Assembly (NCBI GenBank): GCA_040954595.2
Contig: CM082582.2
Span: 5,254,303-5,318,302, forward strand
Direction: 5' to 3'
Length of the DNA stretch: 64,000 nucleotides
DNA from: Balanoglossus misakiensis
Lineage: Eukaryota; Animalia; Hemichordata
Shown here piece after piece: positions 13,396 to 26,813 of the stretch (the first letter of the stretch is position 1; each line of letters begins with the position of its first letter). The position numbers and the translations under genes were made by a program. Under the pieces are notes generated by a model. It had not been told where the DNA came from, searched no databases, and was given only the letters and a program-made list of their open reading frames with translations.

Positions 13396-13601
13396 GTGAG
13401 TCATTTGCTAATTTTGACACAAAAATGCTGTATAGTTTTGACAAGAAACTTAATGTTCCCATTACAAAACGATATCACAACAGTAGAATTGTAGTAAGCA
13501 TTAACTATCCACATTTCTCCTGCGTAGTTGTGCGTTCGTGGGAGATAGTTTCATGTCATGCCTTAAACAATTCCAACAAATGCAACAAAGATGAATAGTT
13601 G

Positions 13602-13819
<218 letters not shown>

Positions 13820-13919
13820 GGCAGAGATGGTGGGAGAAAGAAAATGAGAGACAGACGGACAGACAGACACAGAAAAAGCGCGCTTGCCTCACACAATTCA
13901 ACCAAATAAAGGAGGAACA

Positions 13920-14605
13920 TTTGATAGCAAATACTGTAACCAATATAATTTCAGATACGCGTTCTGAGATTGAAGATCTCGAACTCAAACAACCTGCACT
14001 ATCAGACCAGCACAAGGCCACAGAACTCACTATTTGACACCACTCTGCCATTTATTCCTTACAGCTGGGTGATGGGTCAGTCAAAACGATTTATGAAAAA
14101 TTAGTTAGAAGCAAATTTGTACCTCCCAGAAGTCAAGCCTACATTGAAAGGTTGTATAATATTGCCCCTGATTGTAAAATTATTTGGAGCAGGATTAAAA
14201 ATACAACAATAGAAGAGAAAATGCGTAATTTTCAGTACAAAATTTTGCACAGGATAATTTCGACTACATGTAATAAGTTTCTCCATATTAGAAAACTGCG
14301 CCCTAATGATCTATGCGATCATTGCAGAAATACCGAAACAATGGAGCACTTATTCTGGGAATGTACAAAAGCTCACAAATTTTGGAAAGATTTTGAGTTA
14401 TTTTGGTCAAACAAATCGAAGCATACACTCCAGTTGGACTGCCAAACAATAGTTCTTGGCTCAGATTTGTACAATTCAAAAGACTCTTTTCTTTTTAATC
14501 ACCTATTATTATTGGGAAAATACTTTATCTATACAGCCAGATTTAATTCCCACCCTTTGAACTTTCGTTTATTTGTGGATAAAATGTATGCACAGCTGTT
14601 TCTGT
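13920..14605 (+). mobile_element. Non-LTR retrotransposon (L1/Tx1-type) ORF2 C-terminal fragment (zf-RVT)
   Basis: ORF 14152-14607 reads KMRNFQYKILHRII..NKFL..LCDHCRNTETMEHLFWEC..FW..NHLLLLGKYFIY, the cysteine-rich RT-associated zinc-binding region. Confidence 0.85.
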
Positions 14606-14820
14606 AAAAGCAATTCCGGTGTTACCATTTACCATGTAAATACGCATAAATTTCAGCGAGGATGTTGACTTGATAATAAGTTGTCAATTTTGGTGGCAAC
14701 CATGATGATGAATTTTACTTATATACAAGAATATGTCCTATATTTCTGATTCGAGATTGATTGGTGCCTTTTCCCAGGGGATGCTTATCAAAAATGTTCC
14801 GTAATAAATGGAATTGGTGA
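14584..14820 (+). repeat. Duplicate of the intron and Ig2-exon start of the downstream Ig receptor (16234-16468)
   Basis: tgtttctgtaaaagcaatt..tttcagcgaggatgttga..aaaatgttccgtaataaatggaattggtgaa is present at both positions. Confidence 0.9.
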
Positions 14821-15018
14821 ACTGAAGTCGGAAGAAATTGCCTCGTGGAGTATCAGAGAGAGAAGAGACGCCAAGTTCTTTGAATTATATGAGGCTAGGC
14901 TTTTGGAAGTTAACGATCTCGGTTACATTCTGACTGGCTGATGGAATTTCGAGGCCATGATTGAACGCTCTGCTATTTTTTCATTGTAAGCGTGTATTTA
15001 GTTCCCCTGGCAGACAAA

Positions 15019-15140
15019 GGGACTTTCCGCACGATGAACATGCCAGGTGTGTGGCGGAATGTTGTGTCGGCACCCTCTGACGAGGATCGAAACTAATATT
15101 GCACAATCAGTTAAACAAACCAGAAATGCTATATATAAAA
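15019..15140 (+). promoter_or_regulatory. Putative promoter of the ITIM Ig receptor: NF-kB site and TATA box
   Basis: GGGACTTTCC at 15019-15028 (canonical kB) and TATATAAAA at 15132-15140, upstream of the ATG at 15293. Confidence 0.55.
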
Positions 15141-15292
15141 CCTTCGTCATTATTTTCTGCGATCTGTAAATAGACGTTTTATGTACCGACGCCGGTTCGG
15201 CACCTACGTGTCAAGTTTTTTTTGCGCGCGCGCGTATATGCGTTGTACTTTAGACCTCTGCAGTGTGGTTTGCAGTTAGAAGGCAGATTGCA

Positions 15293-18200
15293 ATGGCGGA
15301 CCATCATCATGGAAATTCTTCAATGCTTCATGTAATGCGGGTATTAATTCTGATACAAGGTAAGGATTTATGTATACATACCATATGTACGTAACCCTTT
15401 AATACTTGGGTAAATAAAACATTATTATATGTGTATACAGCTGGTATATTTTGGCCCCCTAAGTAGGCCAACGGGTTACCGTTGTTAATACATGTTATAG
15501 TGTAGTTCATATAATCGCAACAATTGCATTAGTTTTTGGAAACAATCTTTGCTAATGTTAGGCGATACAGATTAGTGTCTCCCCTAACTACTCAACCCGC
15601 TTTTCTGTACCATAGTACAAGAGCCGTTTATAGTATGTTTTGCATAAAACATGTGGTTTGACGGTAAATTTGTCATCACATCGCCAAGTGTTACACTGTG
15701 ACCCATTATACATGGAACTCGTGACGTTTGCCCCTTTGTACGTTCATATAGTTTGACGTCTTGGTGACGGAAACGTGGCCAGTTCGGGTTAGGAATTTAC
15801 ATGAGCATTGCTCTTTTACAGTCTACTGCATGTCTGCTAGCACAATAACGTACAAAGATGTTCTCACTAAGGAGGGGCAGGAAACAACGTTGGTCTGCCA
15901 GCTAAGCGATTATGATGCAGATGAACCGCCAACTTGGAAGTCAAATCAGAAAGTCATAGTCGTCGAAAACGGCGCATCTCACCACAGCTGCTGTGACGTT
16001 ATTGGCAACAGATCTATCGGAGAATGGAACTTGATGATAAAGAATACAAGCAGAAAAGACGAAGGGGATTGGAAATGTCAGACACGCGATTCATCAAAAG
16101 TCAAGGAAGTCAGAGTTATAGTGTTAGGTAAGGTACTATACTAACAATAGCCATAATGCTTTACATGGACAGCACACTGCTGCAATATTACTTACAATTT
16201 TCGGCAACTTTAATTAATTTTATAAGTCTTATAATGTATGCATTGTTTCTGTAAAAGCAATTCTGGTGTTACCATTTGCCGTGTAAATACGCATATATTT
16301 CAGCGAGGATGTTGAATTGATAATAAGTTGTCAATTTTGATGGCAACCATGATGACGAATTTTACTTATATACAAGAATCTGTCCTATATTCCTGATTCG
16401 AGATTGATTGGTGCCTTTCCTCAGGGTATGCTGATCCAAAATGTTCCGTAATAAATGGAATTGGTGAAAATAACGAAGTACTAGCTGGTCATAATATAAC
16501 ACTGAATTGCTCGTTTGAGACTAAGATATTGCCAAAGACTGGTATTAACCTTAGTTGGGTGAAAGATGGCGAAGTTGTTCACAGCAGCAGCATCACCGAT
16601 TCAAGAAAAGACAATATTTACTATCTGACATACACCAAAGAAATGCAGAGAGAAGACTATGGAACTTATTTCAGCTGTAATTTGGAGCACGCAAGTATCT
16701 CCTGGAATGGTTCAGACGTGATTTCACCAGATGTCCAGTGTGAGTATGAATGACTTACGTATACAAAAAAAATCAACTCCTCACTTATGTGCTGCCGATT
16801 GCGTCATTATTTCCAGCAAATGTAAAAAAAAATCATTGACAATATTGAAATTGATACCTATTTATAAAAGACACCGGGGAAAACTCTGTTCAATAAAGTA
16901 ATGTAACATTAACAGTATGTAACAATAAAGAATGTAACATTACTTTTGTCTTGAAAATTTGGTTCTTATAAAGACACTCTTCCGGATCAGAGGCCTCCAT
17001 AAGGACATGTTTTATTGTGTAACGAAGCATGCGAGGAAATGTTAAAAGTAATATTATTAAACTGATGTCCTTTTGTTTAAATTGCGTACAGTTCACCTGA
17101 ATGCAATTACAAGCGAAAATAGTTGAGTATGCTGAGTGTGGTCAGCCTTTGAATTCCAACTATCTTCGGAAGACGACAGATATTCATCAGTATAATCATT
17201 CTATAATGGAACATTATGTCTATCCTAAAAATATTTCAGATCCACCTGTTATTGTGAATGATACACAAGAAGCAATAGACGTAGCACCTGGAGGCGAAAG
17301 TACATTCGAATGTAGAATCAATAGCAATCCAGCGCCAAGTGTAGAATGGTATGGTCCAAACGGAAGAGAGATCACAAACAATACTAGACTTACTATTTTT
17401 CAGTGGGAACATAACAGCACAAATTACGTGAGTAAGCTCGTCATCAAAAATACTGGGGGTGATGATTATGGTAATTACACATGTGTAGCCAAGAATAAGC
17501 GCGGTCAAGTAAATGTTTCCATTCGTCTTCCACGAAGAGGTGAGTATGATCGATGTTATTTTAAGTTTCTGACAGTCATTCTATCAGCAAACAAATGAAT
17601 CTCTTATTTTAATCATTCATAACCACGCAGTCACAGTATTACTCACGCATTGAGTTATTTTCTATGAGTGTCTGTCTGCCCAATGTGTTGTAGTAATGTC
17701 TGACGTGGAAAAATATTTCCTTTTAACAGTCTTCACAATCATTTTCAGCAAATGCTTTGAGACGGTTTTGTTGAGACATTGTTGACGGATAACGTTAATT
17801 CTCAAAAGAGACCGAGAGAAAACGAATACGTCATTTTATGGACGATAATTGGAATTTACATGCAATGGGACACGTAACTTTTATTGGTCTGTTGAGTTTC
17901 AAAACTACGCTGTGCGCTCTTTTTCATGTCTAGTTTGATCACCTTAAACTTTAAAACACCCGGCACTTGAGAGGTCAGCCTTTCTCGAACTGCGGCGGGC
18001 ATACTATTATTTAACACAGTTGCAATCATTACTTATGTACAACAGTAATCTCCAAACTTTTATGAATGCACTGACCTTAGCGGCGTTCAGGGCTGTTCAG
18101 AATAATATGCCCAGTAAATTTCCTCCTTTTGCAAATTAACAGTGGAATTGTTTTTTAACTTCAGAATTTCTATAACGTATAACTTTCATAAGCTTAGTAC

Positions 18201-21097
18201 GTTACACACACATTGTATATTCCTCTAGTCTTTAAAATTATAGTAGGAAATGACACTGGTAATCTTTGGCTGTTGTCCAGAATTGTATTTCGATGTTTTG
18301 GTTGTAGTTTTAGCTACGAATTGTTTAAAAAGAATTCAGCATTTACCTGATCTGCACAGCTTATGCCCGTGCAATAAACATGGAAAAATCTATTCAATTA
18401 AATCATTTCTCGAACAGTGGTTGTTATGCATAGGCCATTTAACAAGCAAAATAATGGGAATTGTTACATGCTACAGGAAAACAGGATGTGCAGGACTGTA
18501 GATAACACACAGACTCAAATTTTACTGCTTGTGTATTTTTAACGTCGTTAACTTTATATGACAGATGTTATTATCGAAAATAGTCCCAGAACTGGCCTGG
18601 AAACTGTTACTAGCGTTACCACGACGCTAGATAGGCTCGGAGATGGAGAGATTGGTGAATACAGGTCTGATTATGAGGAAGATCCGAATAGACCTGAACA
18701 AAGCTACACGGGTAAGTGTACCTCTCATGTTAATCTCCAGGGTGTGATTGGGAAGAATATAGTTACATAACACTGAAGACCGAATATTCTGACAAATCCT
18801 AGGCTAGCCCACTAGTCGCTTGGTGATTTTTATATCTCAATACTTTTTGTGTTTTCGGTGGTTGTTTGTCTTAATAAATAATTTCAATACTTTTTGGCGT
18901 GCATGCTTGCCTTGAGCGTGTTTTTGTTAGTGAGGTGAGTTTCGAATTTTTGACTGAGCCTGTGGTTTCGGGTAGCGTCACGCGTACCCTACACATAATG
19001 AAGCCCATAGACTTGGAGCAAGTCTAGACAAATCCCCAAAGATTAAACATTACGTGAGACAGATTATTCGAACTTTTATTGCATGACTGTGCAAATGCAA
19101 TTCTCCCTATAAGCATCGTGTGTGGATTGATTGATTTATTCTGTTATAGGTAACCCGTTGTTAGAAGCATCTAGCAAGATGGACAGAAATTCAAAGTATT
19201 CTTCCACTACTGTTATCATTCTATTTTCTGTGATTCTTATCGCCTCGATAATGTGTATCACACTTTCCGTACTCGTCGCCATGAATTGTCGAAAATCGAA
19301 ACTTGCCAAGAAGAAACGTAAGTGTGGTCATCTGATACATACATACATACATACATACATACATACATACATACATACATACATACATACATACATACAT
19401 GCATACATACATACATACATACATACATACATACATACATACATACATACATACATACATACATACATACATACATACATGTACATACATACATACATAC
19501 ATACATACATACATACATACATACATACATACATACATACATACATACATACATACATACATACATACATACATACATACATACATACATACATACATAC
19601 ATACATACATACATACATACATACATGTACATACATACGTACATACATACGTACATACATACGTACATACATACGTACATACATACGTACATACATACAT
19701 ACATACATACATACATACATACATACATACATACATACATACATACATACATACATACATACATACATACATACATGTATAGAGTAAATTTCAGCTACGG
19801 TCGCCGTTTTGTTATTTTATTTTTCAGTACAAACAATTTGTAGTTTGTGTGCGGCGTTGGCGAATCTTTTAACTAAATTTGCATGTTGATTGGCGGGTAC
19901 AATTCCGAACCGAAACAGGAACCAAATAAAAGTAATCCATCTTAACACCTCTTACATTGTAATGAAAAAATTATAGCTATATGATTAATATATGTTTAGT
20001 TTAATATTTAATACTGGTATTCCTTTTTAGACAACAAAGTTCATTTTTGACAATTTATAGTTTTCAATCTAAGATATTGGACGAATGAGAAATGAGGCGT
20101 ATTAACCTTATTTTTTTAAACAGTAAAGTGTATTTCTGTCAAATAGAAAGTGTCAGAGGAAGAAACCATGAATATCGTAATGTGCCACCTCAAGAACACG
20201 TCACAAGACCGCCTTTTCCTGAGAACATAGGTATGACTGCACGCTACAGCAATTTATGTGAGACCCGTGACCCTGGTGATCACGAACAAATTGAGTCGAA
20301 AGAGGGAAAGAAGGAGAAAGACAGAGCTGTCCAAGAAACGAATTCTGATGAGGAAGCTAACGGTCCCTATGAACTCTTGACGGAACCAATTCCACCAAGA
20401 AATACAAAACCACGGCGCACCAACCGTAAAGCCAAACCGAACGTAGAACAGGCATATGAAAATATCTCCAGCAGAGGTGAACCACCTGCTGGAAATGTCG
20501 ATATGATAAGTGGACCACACAGGCAAAGGAATTCTGCGTCTGGTGCGATTCGACAGGTCAGTTGTCAGTTTTAATTTTAAGATATCTTAGGTGAAAAATG
20601 ATCACAACCTGACAAAAGTAATATTGAAAGATGTATTTGACCCAAAGAAATATACATATGTCACATTATATTATCATATTTATTGATTTAATATTTCGTG
20701 GCAGCCGCTTTGACAGTGCACTTGTTTTGATATTTCAGGGGATTAATACTTAAAAGCTTGGAGCAATATGAATCAAATATCTTGATTCAAGTTAATATGT
20801 CAACTGTTTCTATTATGCTGAGAAGGATGCTCGTACATGACGGGGCATTTAATCACTCGAACAAACTTGTGTTATCCATGAAAAATCCGTGTTCAACTAA
20901 TGCTGAATTACATCAAGAAATTCTCAAATTTCTTTGTCTCTTTCTCTTTGTAGAGAAACGCCGAGGAACTGGTTTATGCGGATCTCCAGTTGCCAAAAGC
21001 AAAGAGCAAAAGGGTTCGAGGTCAACATGACAAAGTACAATATGCTTCCATTCGTCATAATGTCACGGTAAAGATTAACCCGGAAACAAACAAGTAA
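15293..21097 (+). CDS. Type I membrane Ig-superfamily receptor (three Ig domains) with cytoplasmic tandem ITIMs
   Basis: Exons 15293-15359 (signal), 15822-16127 (Ig1: C..W..WNLMIKN..DEGDWKC), 16425-16739 (Ig2), 17240-17539 (Ig3: CRINSNPAPSVEW..DYGNYTCVAKN), 18565-18711 (stalk), 19150-19317 (TM VIILFSVILIASIMCITLSVLVAM plus a basic stop-transfer), 20147-20556 (YRNV, YSNL, YELL, YENI), 20954-21097 (LVYADL..VQYASI, TAA). All junctions are GT-AG and phase-compatible. Confidence 0.88.
18800..19026. mobile_element. Short non-autonomous DNA element with a 9-bp TSD
   Basis: gacaaatcc flanks both sides, termini are TAG..CTA, and a second copy lies at 63208-63431. Confidence 0.85.
19335..19776. repeat. 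(TACA)n microsatellite
   Basis: Direct reading. It produces the spurious HTYI/MYVC ORFs. Confidence 0.95.
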
Positions 21098-24000
21098 GCC
21101 ATTTTGCTTACACGTTCACTAGCCATGTATTTTATAAATATATTTAATGTGCCGTGTATACCTTTCCTGTTATTGTTATTGTGAAAAATACATAAACTAA
21201 CCTGTCTCAAAAGCACTATGATAAGTCATTTTAGAATTTCAGAATTTCCAATGGGTGTAGAACTGAATTGCATTATTATTGCAAACAATCTGCTTTCATA
21301 AACCAAATTATACTTGATGGTAATTCATGAGGACAGCTTGAAAATTCACAAATGGCCTTTACATTTTACATTCACTACCCATAATATATTTGTCACAGCA
21401 ATATTATCAAACTTGGTGTCTATTATTACTTATATACAGGATGTCAGTTTCGTTTCGTTTCGTTTCCTTGTACAAAAAAAGTTCAAATTATATTATGTAC
21501 AGAATGGCTTAAAGTCATACCCGTATCACGGTACTATTATAGTACGATGTTGGGCGTGTGAAATATAATGATTGACGTAACTGGTCTAAAGTACATGTAT
21601 TATTCTAGAAACAGTATTTACGAAGTCAGACATGTAAGAGGCCAGAGTCGGGGTTTTGCTTTTACTGCTCTATATGTGTCAGTCTATGTGATTTTAGCAT
21701 TAAATTTCCCCGACAATTCAAACAAGCAATAATACATGTAAATGCTACGCTTTTAGTATTGACCACAGTCCAATGATTGATACCGAATATGGTCTATTGT
21801 CTATATGGTTTCAGCTGTCAATTGTATCATCGTAATGAACGCAATTCCACTAATGTTACCTCAAGGATTAGGTTCTATCCCAAGCTTACCATTTTCTGTA
21901 AATATTTTGTACGCTATTTATACCAGATAGACCAAAAGTCATTATTTGTGCACCGATGTTAGTGTTATTTAGGCAACCAACAGCAAATGTAAAACAGTGA
22001 ATATTGTAACTTTCAAATCTGATTGCTGCATTTATTTAAGTCTGTGGTTGGGTAGGTTGGGCCATCCGGTCGTAATCGACATTCGTGTTAATTATTAAGT
22101 GGTCCAAGGTACATGTCGAATGAGCCATTTGTGTTGCGTAAATTGCGAAATTTGATTTCGAGGTGGAACCTCAGTCGAACAACACTAAATGGCTGCATAA
22201 TATGGTGGATGAAAATCGAATTGAGGAAGTAAACATGTACTCGCAGTGCCCCTATCATTAATTAAACCCAAGCGTCAAACTCGGTCAGGTCAAGTATGTA
22301 TTTAAACATCTGTTCTCGTTAGTGACATAACAGGCATGGCTAAATACATATTTCTGATTTGATTAGAGACAAATGCTGGCAATAGTGTCTGGTTGACTAT
22401 GGATGAATTCGAAATCTTTATATATTGTTATAAATATGGTCATTTTTAAAGAGTGTGTTTTGCATATACTTGAAAGGATTATTTTTTATTGATTGATCTT
22501 TACAATTTAGGTTTTACAATGGCTTTAGAGAATGTTATTGCAACTGTAAGAATGTTTTTTATTGTTCACAGTCAATGTTACAAAAATACACAAAAAATAC
22601 GATGATCATAATATAAGTATGAATATTTCTTTGATAATGTAACTCGTTTGAGAAAGATTAAGACGCACATAGGGGATTGACAGATAGCTACTGGGAAAAC
22701 ACTGTGACACTAATTATTCAAACCGATGCTAAAACGAGTTTAAAAATGGAAAGGTCAAGAAACGTCATGCTTAACTAAATCGCTGAGGGCGCATCGGTGT
22801 AGGACATGCAGAGAGGGTCGTATAGGGGAACGTGAACTGTGAACGAGACTTTGTGCATATGATTTTCATTCACCGAAATGGTCCCTGTTAGATCTCCTAA
22901 GGAGCTACTAATGCCAGAACCAGTCTGGACTTAAACCCCGGTGCGGGGTATAAAAGGCCCCCCAAATCAGTGGCGAATCTTAATGCCGTTTGACTGACAA
23001 CAGTCAGGCCAGCCCTCATGAGGGCTCCAGTGGTAAGATAAATGTCGCCGTCGGAGAAGTTATACAACGACCTATAGATCTCTATTTTAAAAATTTGCAA
23101 ATAATTAACCAATTTAACGGTTGTTTTCTACCGACTGTCTCGAAAGTCACTTGTTAAAGCAGACTGGGTCTCATGCAAATATGTCACCATACTACAGCAT
23201 GCGCGTCATTGCAAGTAAATCCAGCGATAAACCTGGAATTTCTCAGACGTAACCTGTCTGTTTCCGACAGGTGGCCCGAAATCGATTATAGCATTCGCCA
23301 AATTGAACAGTTACACGCCCACAACGACTGATCGTGCTTTGCACAACCAGGTTAGAACGGATCTTTACACACTATGAATCCATTGATATTCAATCTTTGG
23401 AGTACCAGCGGATGTTTACTCTTAGATATGACACTTGAACAACAAAACTAACAACAGTTATCTTATCAGTAAACATGCCTCGGTCGTGAAATGTCGGCAA
23501 ACAGATGTCAGGTTTTCGGGTAATTCATACCAAGCACGGTACATTGTGTTCATATCTTGGCTAACACAAGTCACTTTGCGTTATTTTAACATGGATTGGA
23601 ATAGTTGCCTTTGTAATACATTCTGTCGAATCATTAGGATTGCAGGTAGACACCGATTACACGTCTCCCCTTTTCGTTTATATCTACTATAGGTGTGTCT
23701 GCCAGAGAGCGGAAAGCAGATGAAATGCTATTCGGTGTATGATGTAATATTTACTATTTAGTAGATCTTATTCTCATAAACATCTGACATTTAAATCTTG
23801 GCAGCGAGTGGTAATCGTTAAATATTCTAAGTTAGACATTACGTGAAACAGTGCCCACAACCACGTGGTCATGCAGAAGTGAAATTGTTTGCTACAAACC
23901 AGGCTAAAATATTTCGGACTAGTACTTTTCTGAAAAGGAATGTCCTTCCTCAATTCTCTATCCCCATTAAGGAAATTAAATGCTATGTCTATTTTTGACG

Positions 24001-24544
24001 TTTTAATTTACCCAGCTATTTCGGTTGTATTTCTTTTACTGCATTGACACTGAAGTTTTTGGCGAGTGGTTCCGAAGAGAGGAGTGCAAAGTACTAGTAT
24101 ATTGACGATTGCTTAACGTCAGAACCCGGCAAACACATCGTGAGACAATAACAGAGTAATCCACTCACCTCCTTAATTAAAACATTCACCACGTCAGTTC
24201 TATTTGCCTTAAAGGCACAAGTGTCCCCGGATGATAAGAGTATTCCGTGGTTCTATTCAATATTTCCGAGGCAGTGCGAACAGCAGATGTGCCGCGTACA
24301 TAACTCCAAACCCGAACGATGCGAGTGTTCACTGCAGATAGTGGACAGGAGCTAGACACCTTAGAGCGGTCAACTCTGTGTGGCACTTGACATATTTAAA
24401 ACCAACCAAGCTTAAACTAAACTGACAGTTATGTAGTCAGACACACAGACTGTCAAATGTAAAACGTTTAGTTAATTCAGTTTAGCCCCCCCCCCCCAAA
24501 TAAATAAATAATATGTGCTGTTCCGATTACATGGTTTACAAAAA

Positions 24545-24702
24545 TAGGGTATGTAGGTAGGGAAAAAAATATTTGTGAATTTTTTTTCATATCTTTGGCC
24601 GCCGTAGTGTAGAAGAAAATATGACGTCATTCTTCTACACTACGGCGGCCAAAGATATGAAAAAAAATTCACAAATATTTTTTTCCCTACCTACATACCC
24701 TA
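24545..24702. repeat. Perfect ~73-bp-arm inverted repeat (hairpin)
   Basis: 24545-24617 is the exact reverse complement of 24630-24702. Confidence 0.9.
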
Positions 24703-25715
24703 AGATTTTGACGTCATAGTTTTTCCGTGATTCTCGCAATTTTCATAAATTGTGTATGTTTGACACCCTTATTTTTACTGCCGGTTTAAGAAGCTCTAAA
24801 AAGAACAGGGTTTATCAATATAAACTGATGCAGCGATTAGCAACTGAGATTCAGTATGTCACACCGGAACGTTACAGGTCACACAAGAGTTCGAAGGTTA
24901 TCAACGGAGGTTTGAAGTCAGATCCGACAGTGCGTTAAGAAGTTTTACCCAGTGTCACATATATTGTAAAAAAATCAAGGCTATAGATATTAGACTTATA
25001 TCTTGCGTATTCTCTACTCTTACTCAAATTATTATATTAACAGTTTTTGATGGTAACTACATGTATACGGCAAAGGCCTTTCCACTATAGCTGAGGGCTA
25101 TACACTACAGAAGATTACATACCAAGCTACACTTGTTTTATATAGTTAATGTTTAAGGTAGCAGGTGGACTGGGATCGAAACACTTATCGTCGCACGATT
25201 GTCGACTGACAGCAGGTTATTCACTCAATACCGGAATCGCGTCATTGTATAATTGAATGTTGTACTGACATTAGTGATGGCGTGTAAACCTTTATGTCAC
25301 TGGAGGTACATAGGTCAGAGAAACTGGGCCGGTCTCTTGTTTACTCTTACCGGATGTCTTAAGCACCCTGGTTTTCTAGGAAACTGACAAATTACCTCCT
25401 TGACCGACCTGCCCTGGTTTCCGTTCACACTCTGCTTCATAAAATGGCTGCTGTTATATGCTGTTTCTGTCCCTCAGGCGAGTGATGGACAGAAAAGCCC
25501 CAATTCGTGTTGGGAAACATGATCCCAGGTCCTTGGGAGTGTGAGATTCTATTATTCTCTGACATGACATGATACGTTGCAAGACCACATTTAAGTTTAT
25601 AAAGCATGTAACCAGGCTACGGTATTCTTCATGCTGAGTGTGCATTGTTATCTGAATCTTTGAAGTGAAGTGACAGATATGCAGCTTCGAGCCCTTCATA
25701 TTACACAATTTTCTA

Positions 25716-26056
25716 ATGTGGGAGGGCGGCACCCCCTCCCACACCCACCCCCTCCATATTTATTGTGTTACCAGTTCTACCAACTATAGTAATGACTTGT
25801 CATTTTAATTTATTCATATATGTCTTTTATTAACGTTAACTTATTCATAGGCCCTGCATGCAAAACTACATTATCAGTCATTCACCAACAGAATGTTGGT
25901 AGCATTTGGAAGGGGGTCGTCATATTTTTTTGCCTGTCAGTGGGGGGGGGGACATAATGTTTTGGCCCTGGGTGAAGGGGGAGTCTGCCTGATTTTCAAA
26001 CCCGATGACGCAAACCTGCTGCCCACCCTCAGCCGTAAAATAAAATGAACTGTCCC
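25716..26056. repeat. Dispersed repeat shared with 390-779
   Basis: Same ordered blocks as 390-779. Confidence 0.65.
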
Positions 26057-26166
26057 ACAGTAAAGCTCATTACGTGTCAATCATTACATGCATTTATACA
26101 ACACCGTAAGATTTACCCCCTGGTTCTGAGAGGGCGGTATTTTGAAATTCATTTTCGGAGGCATGT

Positions 26167-26332
26167 GTGGTTACAACCGTGTATACAATCTGATTAACAT
26201 CGATTAATTTCTCGGCTTTTCCGATGTCATCTTCACTAGGTGAATATATATTCAACATAATGGTGCACATTCCATGATCATCATTTGCCTTTTGTACTTT
26301 ACGCAAGCCGCGAAGAAACCCTTCAGGTGGAA
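26167..26332 (-). pseudogene. Duplicated copy of the PARP14-like exon 34615-34766 with its splice acceptor
   Basis: Direct sequence similarity: FLRGLRKVQKANDDHGMCTIMLNIYSPSEDDIGKAEKLI here versus FLRGLRKVKKAHDDHGICTIILNIYSTSEEDIEKAEKSI in the gene. The ccacctgaag acceptor is shared. Confidence 0.85.
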
Positions 26333-26813
26333 ATTCCCAAGAAGTGTGCGTGGTTCAACAGCATTACTGGACGACTTGTGTTCATGGAACCCCGAAGTAC
26401 GTCGACCTTTCCCAACAAACTTCTAGCGAGCCACGTGCACGAATGTTTTCTGTGGGAGAAAAATATGATATTAAAGGAACATTCACTATATGGCATTTGG
26501 CCTTTCAGAGGCGCTCTCAAGACCGCGTATCTGTGGAACGAAAGTAGCAGGCGCCTCGAAAATCAAAGCCTTAGACGTGTTTTCACGTTTTGTTTCTATG
26601 TTTAAATTGAGAATAAAAATTGGCGGTCAACGTGAAAAATTTGGAATGGCGGAGCAAAACTGTGTCAAATGGTTCCAAATATGAAATTTAACATAGCCGC
26701 CTCTGTGTTAAGTCTAAATGCAAGATAACGATATCAACACAAACAAGACGGTGAACACCCAGTTTTTTTCTGTTAGCAACGAATCGAAAGATTTGGAGGA
26801 CAATCATACTTAC

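Noticed and set aside
19221-19843. Long HTYI/MYVC ORFs (also at 56602-57219, 13501-14051 and 8550-8831)
   Set aside because: They are translations of microsatellites, apart from the real exons that some of them overlap.
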